DNA of 63,324 nucleotides, filler included. It is 6 parts of 6 records of this genome, joined end to end, with 100 filler letters (N's around TTAATTAATTAA, not from the genome) between each part and the next. Parts side by side here need not be neighbours in the genome. Positions count along the whole stretch, not along the records: positions 1 to 17,625 come from SRR31156797_54066; 5 more parts are not named here. One strand, written 5' to 3'. Under the pieces are notes generated by a model. That model ran no database searches and was not told the DNA's origin. It saw only the letters and a program-made list of their open reading frames with translations. Position numbers and translations under genes: made by a program. Below are positions 1 to 9,296 of this stretch, piece by piece (the first letter of the stretch is position 1; each line of letters opens with the position of its first letter).

Positions 1-501
1 AATATCTCCATCCTCTACGAGGTGCCGAAGATCACGGGGCTCCTGCTGCTGGACAGCCTGATCACCGGAAACATGGTGATCTTCAGGGACGCCCTGATGC
101 ATATCATACTGCCCGGCATCACGGTGGCCCTCTATCCCATCGGACTGGTGGCCCGGATGACCCGCTCGGCCCTGCTGGAGATACTGGGGGAGGAGTACAT
201 CCTCTCCGCCCGCTCCTACGGCCTGTCGGAGGGGCAGGTGCTCTGGCGCTACGCTCTGAAGAACTCCCTGGGCCCCACCGCCACGGTGGTCACCCTGTCC
301 ATCGGTTTCACCCTGATGAACACCTTCCTGGTGGAATCCATCTTCAGCTGGCCGGGGATAGGCCGCTACATCTCCGATGCGGTTCTGGGGCTGGACTATC
401 CGGCCATCATGGGAGTCACCATCTTCTCGGCTATCTGCTACCTGGTTCTGAACCTGATCGCCGATATCATCATCGCCCTGGATCCCAGGGTGCGGGTCTA
501 G
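1..501 (+). CDS. Dpp/Opp-family ABC transporter permease (DppB-like), 5'-truncated by window start
   Basis: Frame open from base 1; EAA-loop region (ARMTRSALLEILGEEYILSARSYGL), VESIFSWPGIG and DYPAIMG typical of DppB/OppB C-termini. Confidence 0.9.
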   Translation, partial: NISILYEVPKITGLLLLDSLITGNMVIFRDALMHIILPGITVALYPIGLVARMTRSALLEILGEEYILSARSYGLSEGQVLWRYALKNSLGPTATVVTLSIGFTLMNTFLVESIFSWPGIGRYISDAVLGLDYPAIMGVTIFSAICYLVLNLIADIIIALDPRVRV

Positions 502-509
502 GAGGCGCC

Positions 510-1403
510 ATGTACCGCAGAATATTTTCATTCAAATCAGCCAGGGCCCGCCTGGACGAGACGAAGCTCTCCCTCCATCTGATGAACAAGAACGCCCTGA
601 CCAGGTTCTCCCTGATCATCGTCCTCCTCCTGACCCTGATCGCCATGGGGGCGCCCCTCTTCGTGCCCTATCCCGAGCATATCGAGGCGGAGGTCAATCC
701 CCGGGACAAGCTCCTCCCCCCCTCGGGGGAGTACTTTTTCGGCACCGACGAGCTGGGCCGGGACATCTTCAGCCGGGTTCTCTACGGCACCAGGATCTCC
801 CTGGCCACCGCGCTGCTCGCCGTCGCCATATCCCTGGCGGTGGGGGTGATCCTGGGGGCCGTGGCCGGTACCCTGGGGGGCTTCTTCGATGAGCTGATCA
901 TGAGGATCACCGACATCTTCCTCAGCTTCCCGCCCCTGCTCCTGGCCATCGCCATCGCCGCGGTTCTGGGGCCCAGCCTGCACAACGCCATGCTGGCCAT
1001 CGCGGTATCCTGGTGGCCCTGGTACACCCGTCTGGTAAGGGGACAGGCCATCTCCATCAAGGAGAGGCCCTTCGTCAAGGCCGCGGAAGCGATCGGAACA
1101 TCCAAAAGGACGGTCATCTTCAAGCACATCGTCCCCAACTGCATCTCCCCGGTGATCGTGCAGGCCTCCATGGACATGGGCGGGGTGATCCTGACCATCT
1201 CGTCCCTCAGCTTTCTGGGGCTGGGGGCCCAGGCGCCCACCCCCGAGTGGGGGCTGATGATCAGCACCAGCCGGAACTACTTCCTGAACGCCTGGTGGTA
1301 CTCCATCTTTCCGGGGCTGGCCATCTTTATCACCGTCCTGGTCTTCAACCTGCTGGGCGACGGCCTCCGGGAGATCCTGGATCCCAAAACGAGGAAGAAC
1401 TAG
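510..1403 (+). CDS. Dpp/Opp-family ABC transporter permease (DppC-like)
   Basis: FGTDELGRDIFSR, FVKAAEAIG EAA loop, LSFLGLG..P.PEWG, NLLGDGLR; RBS GGAGG upstream. Confidence 0.92.
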   Translation: MYRRIFSFKSARARLDETKLSLHLMNKNALTRFSLIIVLLLTLIAMGAPLFVPYPEHIEAEVNPRDKLLPPSGEYFFGTDELGRDIFSRVLYGTRISLATALLAVAISLAVGVILGAVAGTLGGFFDELIMRITDIFLSFPPLLLAIAIAAVLGPSLHNAMLAIAVSWWPWYTRLVRGQAISIKERPFVKAAEAIGTSKRTVIFKHIVPNCISPVIVQASMDMGGVILTISSLSFLGLGAQAPTPEWGLMISTSRNYFLNAWWYSIFPGLAIFITVLVFNLLGDGLREILDPKTRKN

Positions 1404-3182
1404 ATGCACCAATACTTTGAAATCAACAACCTGAAGGTCAGCTACAACACCCTGGACGAGAGCAAGACCGTCCTGGACATAGACCGCATCGCCATCCCCC
1501 GGGGCAAGAGCTACGGCCTGGTGGGCGAGAGCGGCGCGGGCAAGACCGTGATGGCCCAGACCATCCTGGGGCTCCTCTCCACGCCCCCCGGCAAGATAGA
1601 GTCGGGGGAGATCCTGCTGGAGGGGGAGGACCTTCTGAAGATGTCTGAGCGTCAGATGCGCTCGGTCAGGGGCAGGAAGATCGCCATGATCTTCCAGGAT
1701 CCCATGTCCTCGCTGAACCCGGTCTTCACCGTGGGCTATCAGATGATCCAGGTGATCCGGAAGAACCAGGGGCTCAGCAAGGCCAGGGCCCGGGAGGCCG
1801 CCCTGGACATGATCGATAAGGTGAAGCTCCCCGACGGCCCGAGCATTATGGAGAAGTATCCCCACCAGCTCTCGGGAGGCCAGAGGCAGAGGATCATCAT
1901 CGCCATGGCCCTGGTCTGCGGGGCCCAGATCATCATCGCCGACGAGCCCACCCGGAACCTGGACGTGACCATACAGGCGGGCATCCTCCGCCTTTTGAAG
2001 GATCTGCAGGAGCAGTTCCAGGTGACCGTCCTCTTCATCGCCAACAACCTGGGCCTGGTCTCGGCCGTCTGCGACGAGATCGGCATCCTCCACAAGGGGA
2101 AGCTCATCGAACAGGGGGATGTGGGGCAGATCCTGAGGAATCCCGACCAGGACTACACGAAGACCCTGATCCAGGCGGTGACCCCCGAAGGAAAGCGGCC
2201 GGACCTGCCTGCCGGCACAGGGGGGAGGGAGTCCATCCTGACCGTGGAGGCCCTGAAGAAATACTTTCCCGTCTCCCTGCCCGGACAGAGGGGCAAGGCC
2301 ACTGTCAAGGCGGTGGACGGCGTGGATTTCTCCATCGGAAAGGGGGAGATCTTCGGCATCGTCGGCGAGTCGGGCTGCGGAAAGTCCACCCTGGTGAACA
2401 CCCTGCTCATGCTCCACGAGGCCTCGGACGGGAGGGTGAGCTTCGACGGGAAGGATATCTTCTCCCTGGGTAAAAAGGATCTGAGGAACGCCCGGAAGGA
2501 CATCCAGATCGTCTTCCAGGATCCCTTCTGGTCCCTCAATCCCCGCTGGCTGGTGAAGGATATCATCGGCGAGCCCCTGAGGGTTCACAGCGACATGGAC
2601 GAGGACGCCTGGCTGGACAGGGTGGGGGAGCTGCTGGAGATGGTGGGCCTTGATGCGGAGGACGCCTACAAGTACCCCCATGAGTTCTCCGGAGGGGAGA
2701 GGCAGAGGATCGCCATCGCCCGGGCCCTCTCGGTGGAGCCCAAGCTGGTGGTGCTGGACGAGCCCACCTCGTCCATCGACGTCCTCTCCCAGGCCCAGAT
2801 CCTGAACCTGCTCTACGAGCTGAAGGAGAAGATGAACCTGACCTACATCCTGATCTCCCACGATCTGGGGGTGGTCAACCATATGTCGGACAAGATCATC
2901 GTCATGTACCTGGGGAAGATCGTGGAGTTCGGTCCCGGCGAGAGGGTGTTCTCCCAGCCGAAGCACCCCTATACCGAGGCCCTTCTGAACGCCATCCCCG
3001 GTCTGGAGACCCGGAGCGTCCGGGATCTGTCGGTGCTGGAGGGCAACGTGCCCAGCGCCATCAAGGTCCCCGGGGGCTGCCGCTTTCATCCGCGCTGCGC
3101 CAAAGCCATGGATATCTGCCGCAGCCGAGAGCCGGAAAGCCGGGAGGCCGACGGGCGCACCGTGGCCTGTCATTTGCACTAG
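1404..3182 (+). CDS. Fused double-NBD peptide ABC transporter ATPase (DppD/DppF fusion)
   Basis: Two Walker A (GESGAGKT, GESGCGKS), two signatures (LSGGQRQR, FSGGERQR), C-terminal CRFHPRC..C..C oligopeptide-ABC motif. Confidence 0.92.
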   Translation: MHQYFEINNLKVSYNTLDESKTVLDIDRIAIPRGKSYGLVGESGAGKTVMAQTILGLLSTPPGKIESGEILLEGEDLLKMSERQMRSVRGRKIAMIFQDPMSSLNPVFTVGYQMIQVIRKNQGLSKARAREAALDMIDKVKLPDGPSIMEKYPHQLSGGQRQRIIIAMALVCGAQIIIADEPTRNLDVTIQAGILRLLKDLQEQFQVTVLFIANNLGLVSAVCDEIGILHKGKLIEQGDVGQILRNPDQDYTKTLIQAVTPEGKRPDLPAGTGGRESILTVEALKKYFPVSLPGQRGKATVKAVDGVDFSIGKGEIFGIVGESGCGKSTLVNTLLMLHEASDGRVSFDGKDIFSLGKKDLRNARKDIQIVFQDPFWSLNPRWLVKDIIGEPLRVHSDMDEDAWLDRVGELLEMVGLDAEDAYKYPHEFSGGERQRIAIARALSVEPKLVVLDEPTSSIDVLSQAQILNLLYELKEKMNLTYILISHDLGVVNHMSDKIIVMYLGKIVEFGPGERVFSQPKHPYTEALLNAIPGLETRSVRDLSVLEGNVPSAIKVPGGCRFHPRCAKAMDICRSREPESREADGRTVACHLH

Positions 3183-3276
3183 ACCCGAGGGCCTGTTGCC
3201 AGGGCCCTTAAAAAACTGAACGCGAAAGCAGCCGGGGCTCCCGCGGAGCCCCGCCAGGATAAACGGAGTATAAAAA

Positions 3277-4320
3277 ATGATTGAGAAATACGAATACGAG
3301 ATAGGAAAGGCCGCCGACGCCCTTGTCAGGGAGTTCTTCGCCCTGAAGAAGGGGGAGACCTTTGTCATCACCGCCGACACCGAGTCGGACGAGTCGGTGG
3401 TCAACGCCACCGCCCGGGCCGCTTTTTCGGTCGGGGCCAAGCCCATGGTGATCTGGCTGCCCGCCGCCCTGGGGGTTGGCAAGGCCGCCGATCCCATGCT
3501 GCCCGTGGACGCCCTGACAGGGGCCCTGATGCACGCCGACGCCTGGGTGGAGTTCAACAACAAGTGGCTCCTCTATTCCACCCCCTTCGAAAGGGCCATG
3601 GCGGAGAACAAGAAGCTCCGCTACATCTGTCTGGTGGGGATGGACGCGGATATGATGGTCCGCACCATCGGCCGGGTGGACACATCCAGGCTCTCGGTCT
3701 TTATGAACCGGGTGGCGGAGATGACGGGCAAGGCCGAAACCATACGGATCACCACCCCCGCGGGAACGGATGTCTGCTTCAACACGGAGCCGAAGAACAC
3801 CCTGGCCTGCGACGACGGCAACGCCCGGGAACCGGGCATCTGGATGCTCTCGGGACAGATCAACGTCATCCCCGCCTGGGACAGCATCAACGGCACCATC
3901 GTCTTCGACGGCTCCCTCGATCCCCCCTGCGGATTGCTGGACGAGCCGGTCTCCCTCACCGTCGAGAAGGGACGGGTCGTGAGCATCAAGGGGGGCAGGC
4001 AGGCCGCCCAGTTCGAGGCATGGCTCAAGAGCCACAGGGACGAGAACATGTTCCGCATGGCCCATATGGCCTACGGCTTCAATCCCGGCGCTAAGCTGAC
4101 GGGCAATATCCTGGAGGACGAGCGGGTCTGGGGCGCCACCGAATGGGGCCTGGGCTACGTCAGCGCCCTGGAGGCTCCTCCGGGCGGCATCGACGCCGTC
4201 TCCCACAGCGACGGCATCTGCCTGAATTCCTCGGTCTGGCTGGATGACAAACCCATCATGGATAACGGAACGATCGTGGACGAAGAACTGAAGGAACTGG
4301 AGAAGCCCATCAGCGGCTGA
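3277..4320 (+). CDS. M29-like (thermophilic aminopeptidase / NicX-like) metalloenzyme
   Basis: ITTPAGTD, NGTIVFDGS, GFNPGA..TGNILEDER, SHSDG motifs of the M29-like fold; RBS GGAG. Confidence 0.7.
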   Translation: MIEKYEYEIGKAADALVREFFALKKGETFVITADTESDESVVNATARAAFSVGAKPMVIWLPAALGVGKAADPMLPVDALTGALMHADAWVEFNNKWLLYSTPFERAMAENKKLRYICLVGMDADMMVRTIGRVDTSRLSVFMNRVAEMTGKAETIRITTPAGTDVCFNTEPKNTLACDDGNAREPGIWMLSGQINVIPAWDSINGTIVFDGSLDPPCGLLDEPVSLTVEKGRVVSIKGGRQAAQFEAWLKSHRDENMFRMAHMAYGFNPGAKLTGNILEDERVWGATEWGLGYVSALEAPPGGIDAVSHSDGICLNSSVWLDDKPIMDNGTIVDEELKELEKPISG

Positions 4321-4401
4321 GCGATTCGGGACCGCATGGCGGGGCATCGGCGAGAGGCCGCAGGGCGGTACCGACCCCATTGAAGATAAAAGGAAGAGAC
4401 C

Positions 4402-5511
4402 ATGAAAACACTGACACGACAGGAACTGATAGACATACTCTACGGATGCACCGTCTTGGGGACGGGCGGCGGCGGAGGCCTGCAGGAGGGCATCGCCCTG
4501 ATCGACCAGGCCCTGGAGGCGGGCAAGGAGTTCAGGCTGGTGAGCTTTGACGAGCTGGACGACAAGGCCCTGGTGGGAACCCCCTATATGTGCGGCTCCA
4601 TCTCCCCCGAAACCGAGGAGGAAAGGCAGAAATACGCCGGTCTGCCCCGGCTGGAACACCACTCGGTGATCAACGTCGTCAAGGCCATGGAGGACTACCT
4701 GAAGCGGGACTTCGACGCCCTGGTCTCCACCGAGCTGGGGGGCGGGAACACGGCCATCGCCTTCTTCGCCGCGGCCATGACGGGCAAGTGCATCCTGGAC
4801 GCCGACCCCGCGGGACGCTCGGTCCCCGAGCTGCAGCACTCCACCTACTTCATCAACGACCTTCCCATCTACCCCCTGTCGGTGGCCAATATGTTCGGCG
4901 ACGTGGCGGTGTTCAGCGAGGTGGTGGACGACTTCCGGGCGGAGGCCCTGGTCCGGGCCCTGGCCGTGGTGAGCAAGAACGAGGTGAGCGTGCTGGACCA
5001 TCCGTGCGAGGTGGGCAGGCTGAAGAACGCCATGATCGGCGGGGCCATCAGCTACGCCCTCTCCATCGGGGAGGCCCTCAGGCAGAGCCGCGAGTTCGGA
5101 GGCGACCCCGCCGAGGACGTGGCTGCCGCGGGCAGCGGGGTGGTCCGCTTCCGGGGGACCGTCTCCGACTTCAGCTACAAGACGGAGGACGGATTCACCT
5201 TCGGCGATGTCCAGATGAAGGGTACGGGAGAGTACGAGGGCCGGAGCTACAAGTGCTGGTTCAAAAACGAGCACATCTTCTCCTGGCTGGACGGCGGGAT
5301 CGACGTCACCGTCCCCGACCTGATCTGCATCCTCAACGGCGAGACAGGCGAGCCAGTGACAAACCCGTACTTTGAAAAAAACATGCCCCTGGCGGTGCTG
5401 GCCCTGCCGGCCCCCAAGGAGTGGCAGAGCGAGAGGGGGCTGGCCTGTTTCGGACCGGCCAGCTTCGGAAAGGACTATGAGTACAGGCCCATAGCCGAGC
5501 GGATCAAGTAG
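4402..5511 (+). CDS. DUF917-family protein (S-methyl-thiohydantoin desulfurase-like)
   Basis: LGTGGGG, ELGGGN, DAD..GR..PEL, FKNE, VPDLI motifs characteristic of DUF917. Confidence 0.85.
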   Translation: MKTLTRQELIDILYGCTVLGTGGGGGLQEGIALIDQALEAGKEFRLVSFDELDDKALVGTPYMCGSISPETEEERQKYAGLPRLEHHSVINVVKAMEDYLKRDFDALVSTELGGGNTAIAFFAAAMTGKCILDADPAGRSVPELQHSTYFINDLPIYPLSVANMFGDVAVFSEVVDDFRAEALVRALAVVSKNEVSVLDHPCEVGRLKNAMIGGAISYALSIGEALRQSREFGGDPAEDVAAAGSGVVRFRGTVSDFSYKTEDGFTFGDVQMKGTGEYEGRSYKCWFKNEHIFSWLDGGIDVTVPDLICILNGETGEPVTNPYFEKNMPLAVLALPAPKEWQSERGLACFGPASFGKDYEYRPIAERIK

Positions 5512-5522
5512 GCAGAACAACC

Positions 5523-5567
5523 GGGGCCGGGAATCGTATGATATGCGTTTCCGGTCTCTTTTTTTTT
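5523..5567 (+). terminator. Intrinsic terminator after the ABC/M29/DUF917 operon
   Basis: GGGGCCGGGAATCGTAT / ATGCGTTTCCGGTCTC stem followed by 9 T. Confidence 0.75.
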
Positions 5568-5614
5568 GACATGCCCCTGGCTGCGGCCTTATACATTTAT
5601 TAAAGGAGGCACTC

Positions 5615-5950
5615 ATGGACCATCTGCATATCCTATGGACAAACGCCGATCCCCTGACATCGGAGAATATGGTGTTTATGTACGGAATCAACAGCCTGAA
5701 GAAGGGCTGGTGGGACAAGGTCACCATCATCATCTGGGGGGCTACGGCCAAGCTGGCCGCCGAGAACGACCTGATCGCCGGGAAGATCGGAGAAGCCCGG
5801 GACGCGGGGGCCCACATAACCGCCTGCAAGGCCTGCGCCGACAAACTGGGCGTGGCCGACCGGCTGTCTGAGATGGGAATCGAGGTCAAATACTGGGGCG
5901 AGGGCCTGACGGATCTTATCAAGAGCGACAGGAAGCTGCTGACCCTGTAG
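5615..5950 (+). CDS. DsrE-family protein
   Basis: LHILWT, WWDKVTIIIWGAT, ACKACAD (CxxC); RBS AAGGAGG. Confidence 0.85.
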   Translation: MDHLHILWTNADPLTSENMVFMYGINSLKKGWWDKVTIIIWGATAKLAAENDLIAGKIGEARDAGAHITACKACADKLGVADRLSEMGIEVKYWGEGLTDLIKSDRKLLTL

Positions 5951-5964
5951 GGAGCCTCGGGCGG

Positions 5965-6138
5965 TCAAAGCCCTGCTGGCCTCCGGGATGCTGTCAGCTC
6001 TGAGAGAAGCGAAATCCTATTTTCGATTTCATCGATTAGCCTATTCGCTGATACAGGAGATGAAAGTTCATCTCATATATATAAAAGAATACTCTTTAGA
6101 TCATTAACTGCTATTGGCAGATATTTGATCTGGTACAT
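5965..6138 (-). pseudogene. Truncated ParE/RelE-family toxin remnant
   Basis: ATG overlaps antitoxin stop (TGATG); reads MYQIKYLPIAVNDLKSILLYI*DELSSPVSANRLIDEIENRISLLSE with in-frame TGA at 6073-6075, and the C-terminal half is missing. Confidence 0.75.
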
Positions 6139-6416
6139 CAGTTCTTTTTCTTCCGATCTACCATCTTTCTCATTTCAGACATGACATCTTCATGATTATA
6201 TCTGTGGTAAGTAGATTCAGCTTCTGCTGCGGCTTCCTGCAGCTTGTAATTGATCTCTTTCTCCATGAGTTTCTTCTCATAGGTTTCCAGGCTCATAACA
6301 ACCATGTCCCCATGACCGTTCTTTGTGAGATACACAGGCTCATTCTCTTCATGAACTAGTCTGGATATTTCTGTGAAGTTGTTTCTAAGATCGGATATCG
6401 GTCTTATATGAATCAT
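6138..6416 (-). CDS. Phd/YefM-family antitoxin
   Basis: IRPISDLRNN..EIS..V...EPVYLTKNG..DMVVMS.E.YE pattern. Confidence 0.88.
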   Translation of the reverse strand: MIHIRPISDLRNNFTEISRLVHEENEPVYLTKNGHGDMVVMSLETYEKKLMEKEINYKLQEAAAEAESTYHRYNHEDVMSEMRKMVDRKKKN

Positions 6417-6447
6417 TATAGCAATCCGATAAAGATATGTATGTTAT

Positions 6448-6479
6448 TTTATCATAAATATGATAAATCGACTGGTCAA
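6448..6479 (-). promoter_or_regulatory. Sigma70 promoter and palindromic operator of the TA operon
   Basis: Minus strand TTGACC-17nt-TATGAT; -10 lies inside inverted repeat TTTATCATA-AA-TATGATAAA (6448-6467). Confidence 0.65.
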
Positions 6480-6666
6480 ATTAATGCCCTGCTTTTTGTG
6501 AAGCTCAATTTTGCTCAATCCACATTTTTCCTTGACCCCTCGCACATTCGGAAGATATCATTCTGATTGAGATTATCGCTGTTTTCCGGAACTTTGTCCT
6601 TTTTTACTACGAATAACGATCTTTTCAGACGAAGGATCAGGGAAACCGTCAATAGGAGGAAATGAA

Positions 6667-8004
6667 ATGAATGCTTTTTTCAAGTGGTATGTGAGCAAGT
6701 CCCTGCTGCTGCGCATCCTGAGCTGTTTTATCGTCGGCGCCGTCATCGGCGGCGTGCTCTGGGGTATCTCCAGCGCCACCGTAGGGGACGGTAACATCAA
6801 CCCCGGCGTACAGACCGCCATAGGCTACATCGCCCCCTTCGGCACGGTCTTCGTGGCCATGCTGAAGATGATCGTGATCCCCGTTATCTTCTTCTCCCTG
6901 GTCACCGGCGCGGCCAGCCTCCCCATCAGCCGCTTCGGCAAGATCGGGGTCAAGGTCATCGCCTGGTACTTCCTGACCTCTCTGGCCGCCGCCATCGTCG
7001 GCGTTATCCTGGCCCTGGCCATCAACCCCGGCGCGGGTACGGGCCTGGCGGGATGGGAATCCATGGCTACCGGCGTGGTCTCCACCGCCGAGGGCGTCGT
7101 GGGCGGAGCCAAGACCGGAGGAGCCGCCTTCAGCGCCCTGCTGATGTCCATGTTCGAGAACCCCTTCTCGGCCCTGGCCAACGGCCACTTCCTGGCCATC
7201 ATCGTCTTCGCCGTCCTCTTCGGCCTGGCCATCCGGGTGATGATCGAGGCGGGGGATGAGAAGCAGGCGGAGCGCTTCGAAAGCTTCCTGGACATGATCG
7301 ACAGCGGCAAGGACGTGATCTTCAAGCTGGTCAGCTGGGTCCTGGAGTACTCCCCCATCGGCGTGCTGGCCCTGACCATCAAGAACTTCGGCGAGTTCGG
7401 CCCCATCCTGATCGGCCCCTACGTCACCGTAACAGCCGGCGTGGTCGGCGGCATCCTGGTTATGGTCCTGGTCGTCTACCCCGCCTTCCTGGCCGTCGTA
7501 GTGCGCAAGAATCCCATCAAGGTTATGAGAAAGATGCAGGAGGCCACCCTGACCGCCTTCATCACCCGCTCCTCCGCGGCCACCCTGCCCGTGAGCCTCT
7601 CCGTCGCCGAAAGGGATCTGAAGATCAAGAACGAGCTGGCCTCCTTCTCCCTGCCCCTGGGGGCCACCATCAATATGGACGGGGTCTGCGTGCACCTGCC
7701 CATGTTCGCCGTACTGGCGGCCAACATGTTCGGCATCGACCTCTCCTTCAACAGCCTGCTTCTGATGGTCATCACCACCGTGCTGGCCTCCGTCGGAGCA
7801 GGCGGCGTCCCCGGCGGATCTCTCATGCTCCTGTTCATCATCCTGGAGCAAGTGGGCCTCGCCCCCGGACAGGTGGCCACCGTCGTCGCCCTGGCCCTGG
7901 GAATCAACCCCATCCTCGACATGTTCGAGACCGCCAACAACGTCACAGGAGACCTGGTCTGCACCTACGGCGTGGCCTCCCGTGAGAATATGATCGAAGA
8001 GTAG
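6667..8004 (+). CDS. Dicarboxylate/amino acid:cation symporter (DAACS; GltP/SstT family)
   Basis: AFITRSSAATLP, LPLGATINMDG, DMFETANNVTGD motifs; RBS AGGAGG. Confidence 0.92.
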   Translation: MNAFFKWYVSKSLLLRILSCFIVGAVIGGVLWGISSATVGDGNINPGVQTAIGYIAPFGTVFVAMLKMIVIPVIFFSLVTGAASLPISRFGKIGVKVIAWYFLTSLAAAIVGVILALAINPGAGTGLAGWESMATGVVSTAEGVVGGAKTGGAAFSALLMSMFENPFSALANGHFLAIIVFAVLFGLAIRVMIEAGDEKQAERFESFLDMIDSGKDVIFKLVSWVLEYSPIGVLALTIKNFGEFGPILIGPYVTVTAGVVGGILVMVLVVYPAFLAVVVRKNPIKVMRKMQEATLTAFITRSSAATLPVSLSVAERDLKIKNELASFSLPLGATINMDGVCVHLPMFAVLAANMFGIDLSFNSLLLMVITTVLASVGAGGVPGGSLMLLFIILEQVGLAPGQVATVVALALGINPILDMFETANNVTGDLVCTYGVASRENMIEE

Positions 8005-8028
8005 AACTCGATCCAGCTCAGATTTATC

Positions 8029-8066
8029 AGGGGAATCTTTCCGCTTAAGGGAGGGTTCCCCTTTTT
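8029..8066 (+). terminator. Intrinsic terminator after DAACS gene
   Basis: AGGGGAATCTTTCC / GGGAGGGTTCCCCT stem followed by T run. Confidence 0.75.
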
Positions 8067-8336
8067 AGTTGATTGTTCGGGCGAATACCGAAGGAGCCTG
8101 CGGCCCCTTCGGTACCGGGCTCTTTGCTGCAATGCGTGGAGGATATATAAACAGCGCCCTTCGGGCGCAGTAAGCCAATCACGGTCCGCCATTCTCCGAC
8201 TCTGTCCCGCCGTCGGGGCGGCCCGCAGCATTTCCGCTGCCATCCCTTTCGCAATCAGACTCTCCCTGAGTTGTGATATCCATCCCGAAAGAATACAATT
8301 AAAGAAAGGGAGTCAGCGGAATCAAAGTTTCTTCAG

Positions 8337-8996
8337 ATGAGGAGGCCGCCCATGACCGATCCCGATCTCACAACCATTGCGGATAAGATGGAGAGTACGG
8401 CCTTTAATCTCTTTCGCGACTGGACTGCGGTATGTTCCAGGCAGTTCCCCGAAAGACACATCGTCATAAGCGATGAAAGCCTGCTTGTAAGGGATCTGAA
8501 GGCTTCCATCTTATCGGCCTTGAGGGCGCTGAGAGAGAAAGAGAGTAAAGAACCCGGTTGGGAAATCGGCTTCTTCTTCGGTTTCACGGAGTCCAATCTC
8601 GCCGCTCACTGGTATCATGAATACATAAGAAAACAGAGCAATGACTACAGAATGATAGTCATGCTGCAGGCTCTCAACAGTCAGCTGTTGCAGAAGAGAG
8701 ATATTGTCAGCGATATCGAACAGGACTATATGAAGAGAGTACTCAAAGACTGTAACTTCCCTGTTCAGGAATATGAAATACTGGCTGATCTGGAAACTGC
8801 TCAAATGCATCTGGAAATGCCCATACTGGCAAAGCTCCATAACGCCCTGGATTCAGATCTGTTTACCTGTCTGGACAATTACATCACAAGAAGCATCAAT
8901 GCCCTGACCCGGGAAGAAGAGGAAAGTCAGTCTATCCATCTTCACAAATACCTGTCCGGGCAAACGGTCAGCCAATTAATTGAGCGGAACAGATAG
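8337..8996 (+). CDS. Hypothetical protein (helical, no recognisable motif)
   Basis: 219-aa ORF; GGAGG precedes the second Met (8352), which may be the true start. Confidence 0.6.
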   Translation: MRRPPMTDPDLTTIADKMESTAFNLFRDWTAVCSRQFPERHIVISDESLLVRDLKASILSALRALREKESKEPGWEIGFFFGFTESNLAAHWYHEYIRKQSNDYRMIVMLQALNSQLLQKRDIVSDIEQDYMKRVLKDCNFPVQEYEILADLETAQMHLEMPILAKLHNALDSDLFTCLDNYITRSINALTREEEESQSIHLHKYLSGQTVSQLIERNR

Positions 8997-9136
8997 AGAA
9001 CAATTCCCGGGAGACCGTGGGCAAAGCCTCGGGGTATGTATCCCTATTTGTCAGTCGTCCGACTTTACTGATTCACCCCTGTTTTATGATGACAAAAGCT
9101 GAATCCCGTTATATCTTTTAAGAACATTACGAATAG

Positions 9137-9210
9137 CTTAACCGCGTATAATCCCGATAATTCGGTTCGGGAGTTTCTACCAGGAACCTAAATCCTGATT
9201 ACGAGGTAAG
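9137..9210 (+). ncRNA. Purine riboswitch aptamer, adenine-sensing type (cis-regulatory)
   Basis: CGTATAAT-P2(TCCCGA/TCGGGA)-GTTTCTACC-P3(CAGGA/TCCTG)-GATTACG; U at the discriminator position (GATT, not GACT); upstream of adenosine deaminase. Confidence 0.9.
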
Positions 9211-9268
9211 TCTGTACCGCAGGGAAGCTGCGTCCGTACAGGTTTACCTTGTGGTCAGGATTTTTTTT
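9191..9268 (+). terminator. Riboswitch-controlled intrinsic terminator overlapping the aptamer 3' half
   Basis: AATCCTGATTACGAGGTAAGTCTGTAC pairs over 27 nt (Watson-Crick plus G-U only) with GTACAGGTTTACCTTGTGGTCAGGATT, ending in a T8 run. Confidence 0.85.
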
Positions 9269-9296
9269 ATCCTAAAATTATAAGTGAGGTATTGCC

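Noticed and set aside
537-5922. Very long minus-strand ORFs (537..3563, 1008 aa; 3208..5922, 904 aa)
   Set aside because: Antisense shadows of high-GC3 genes with clear family motifs on the plus strand; no motifs of their own.
6073-6075. TGA in the ParE/RelE remnant as selenocysteine or recoding
   Set aside because: Not a Cys-type position, the gene is also truncated, and other genes on this contig use TGA as stop.
9012-9040. GACCGTGGGCAAAGCCTCGGGGTAT resembling an IS200/IS605 end hairpin
   Set aside because: Single degenerate copy with no transposase or partner end; too weak to call.
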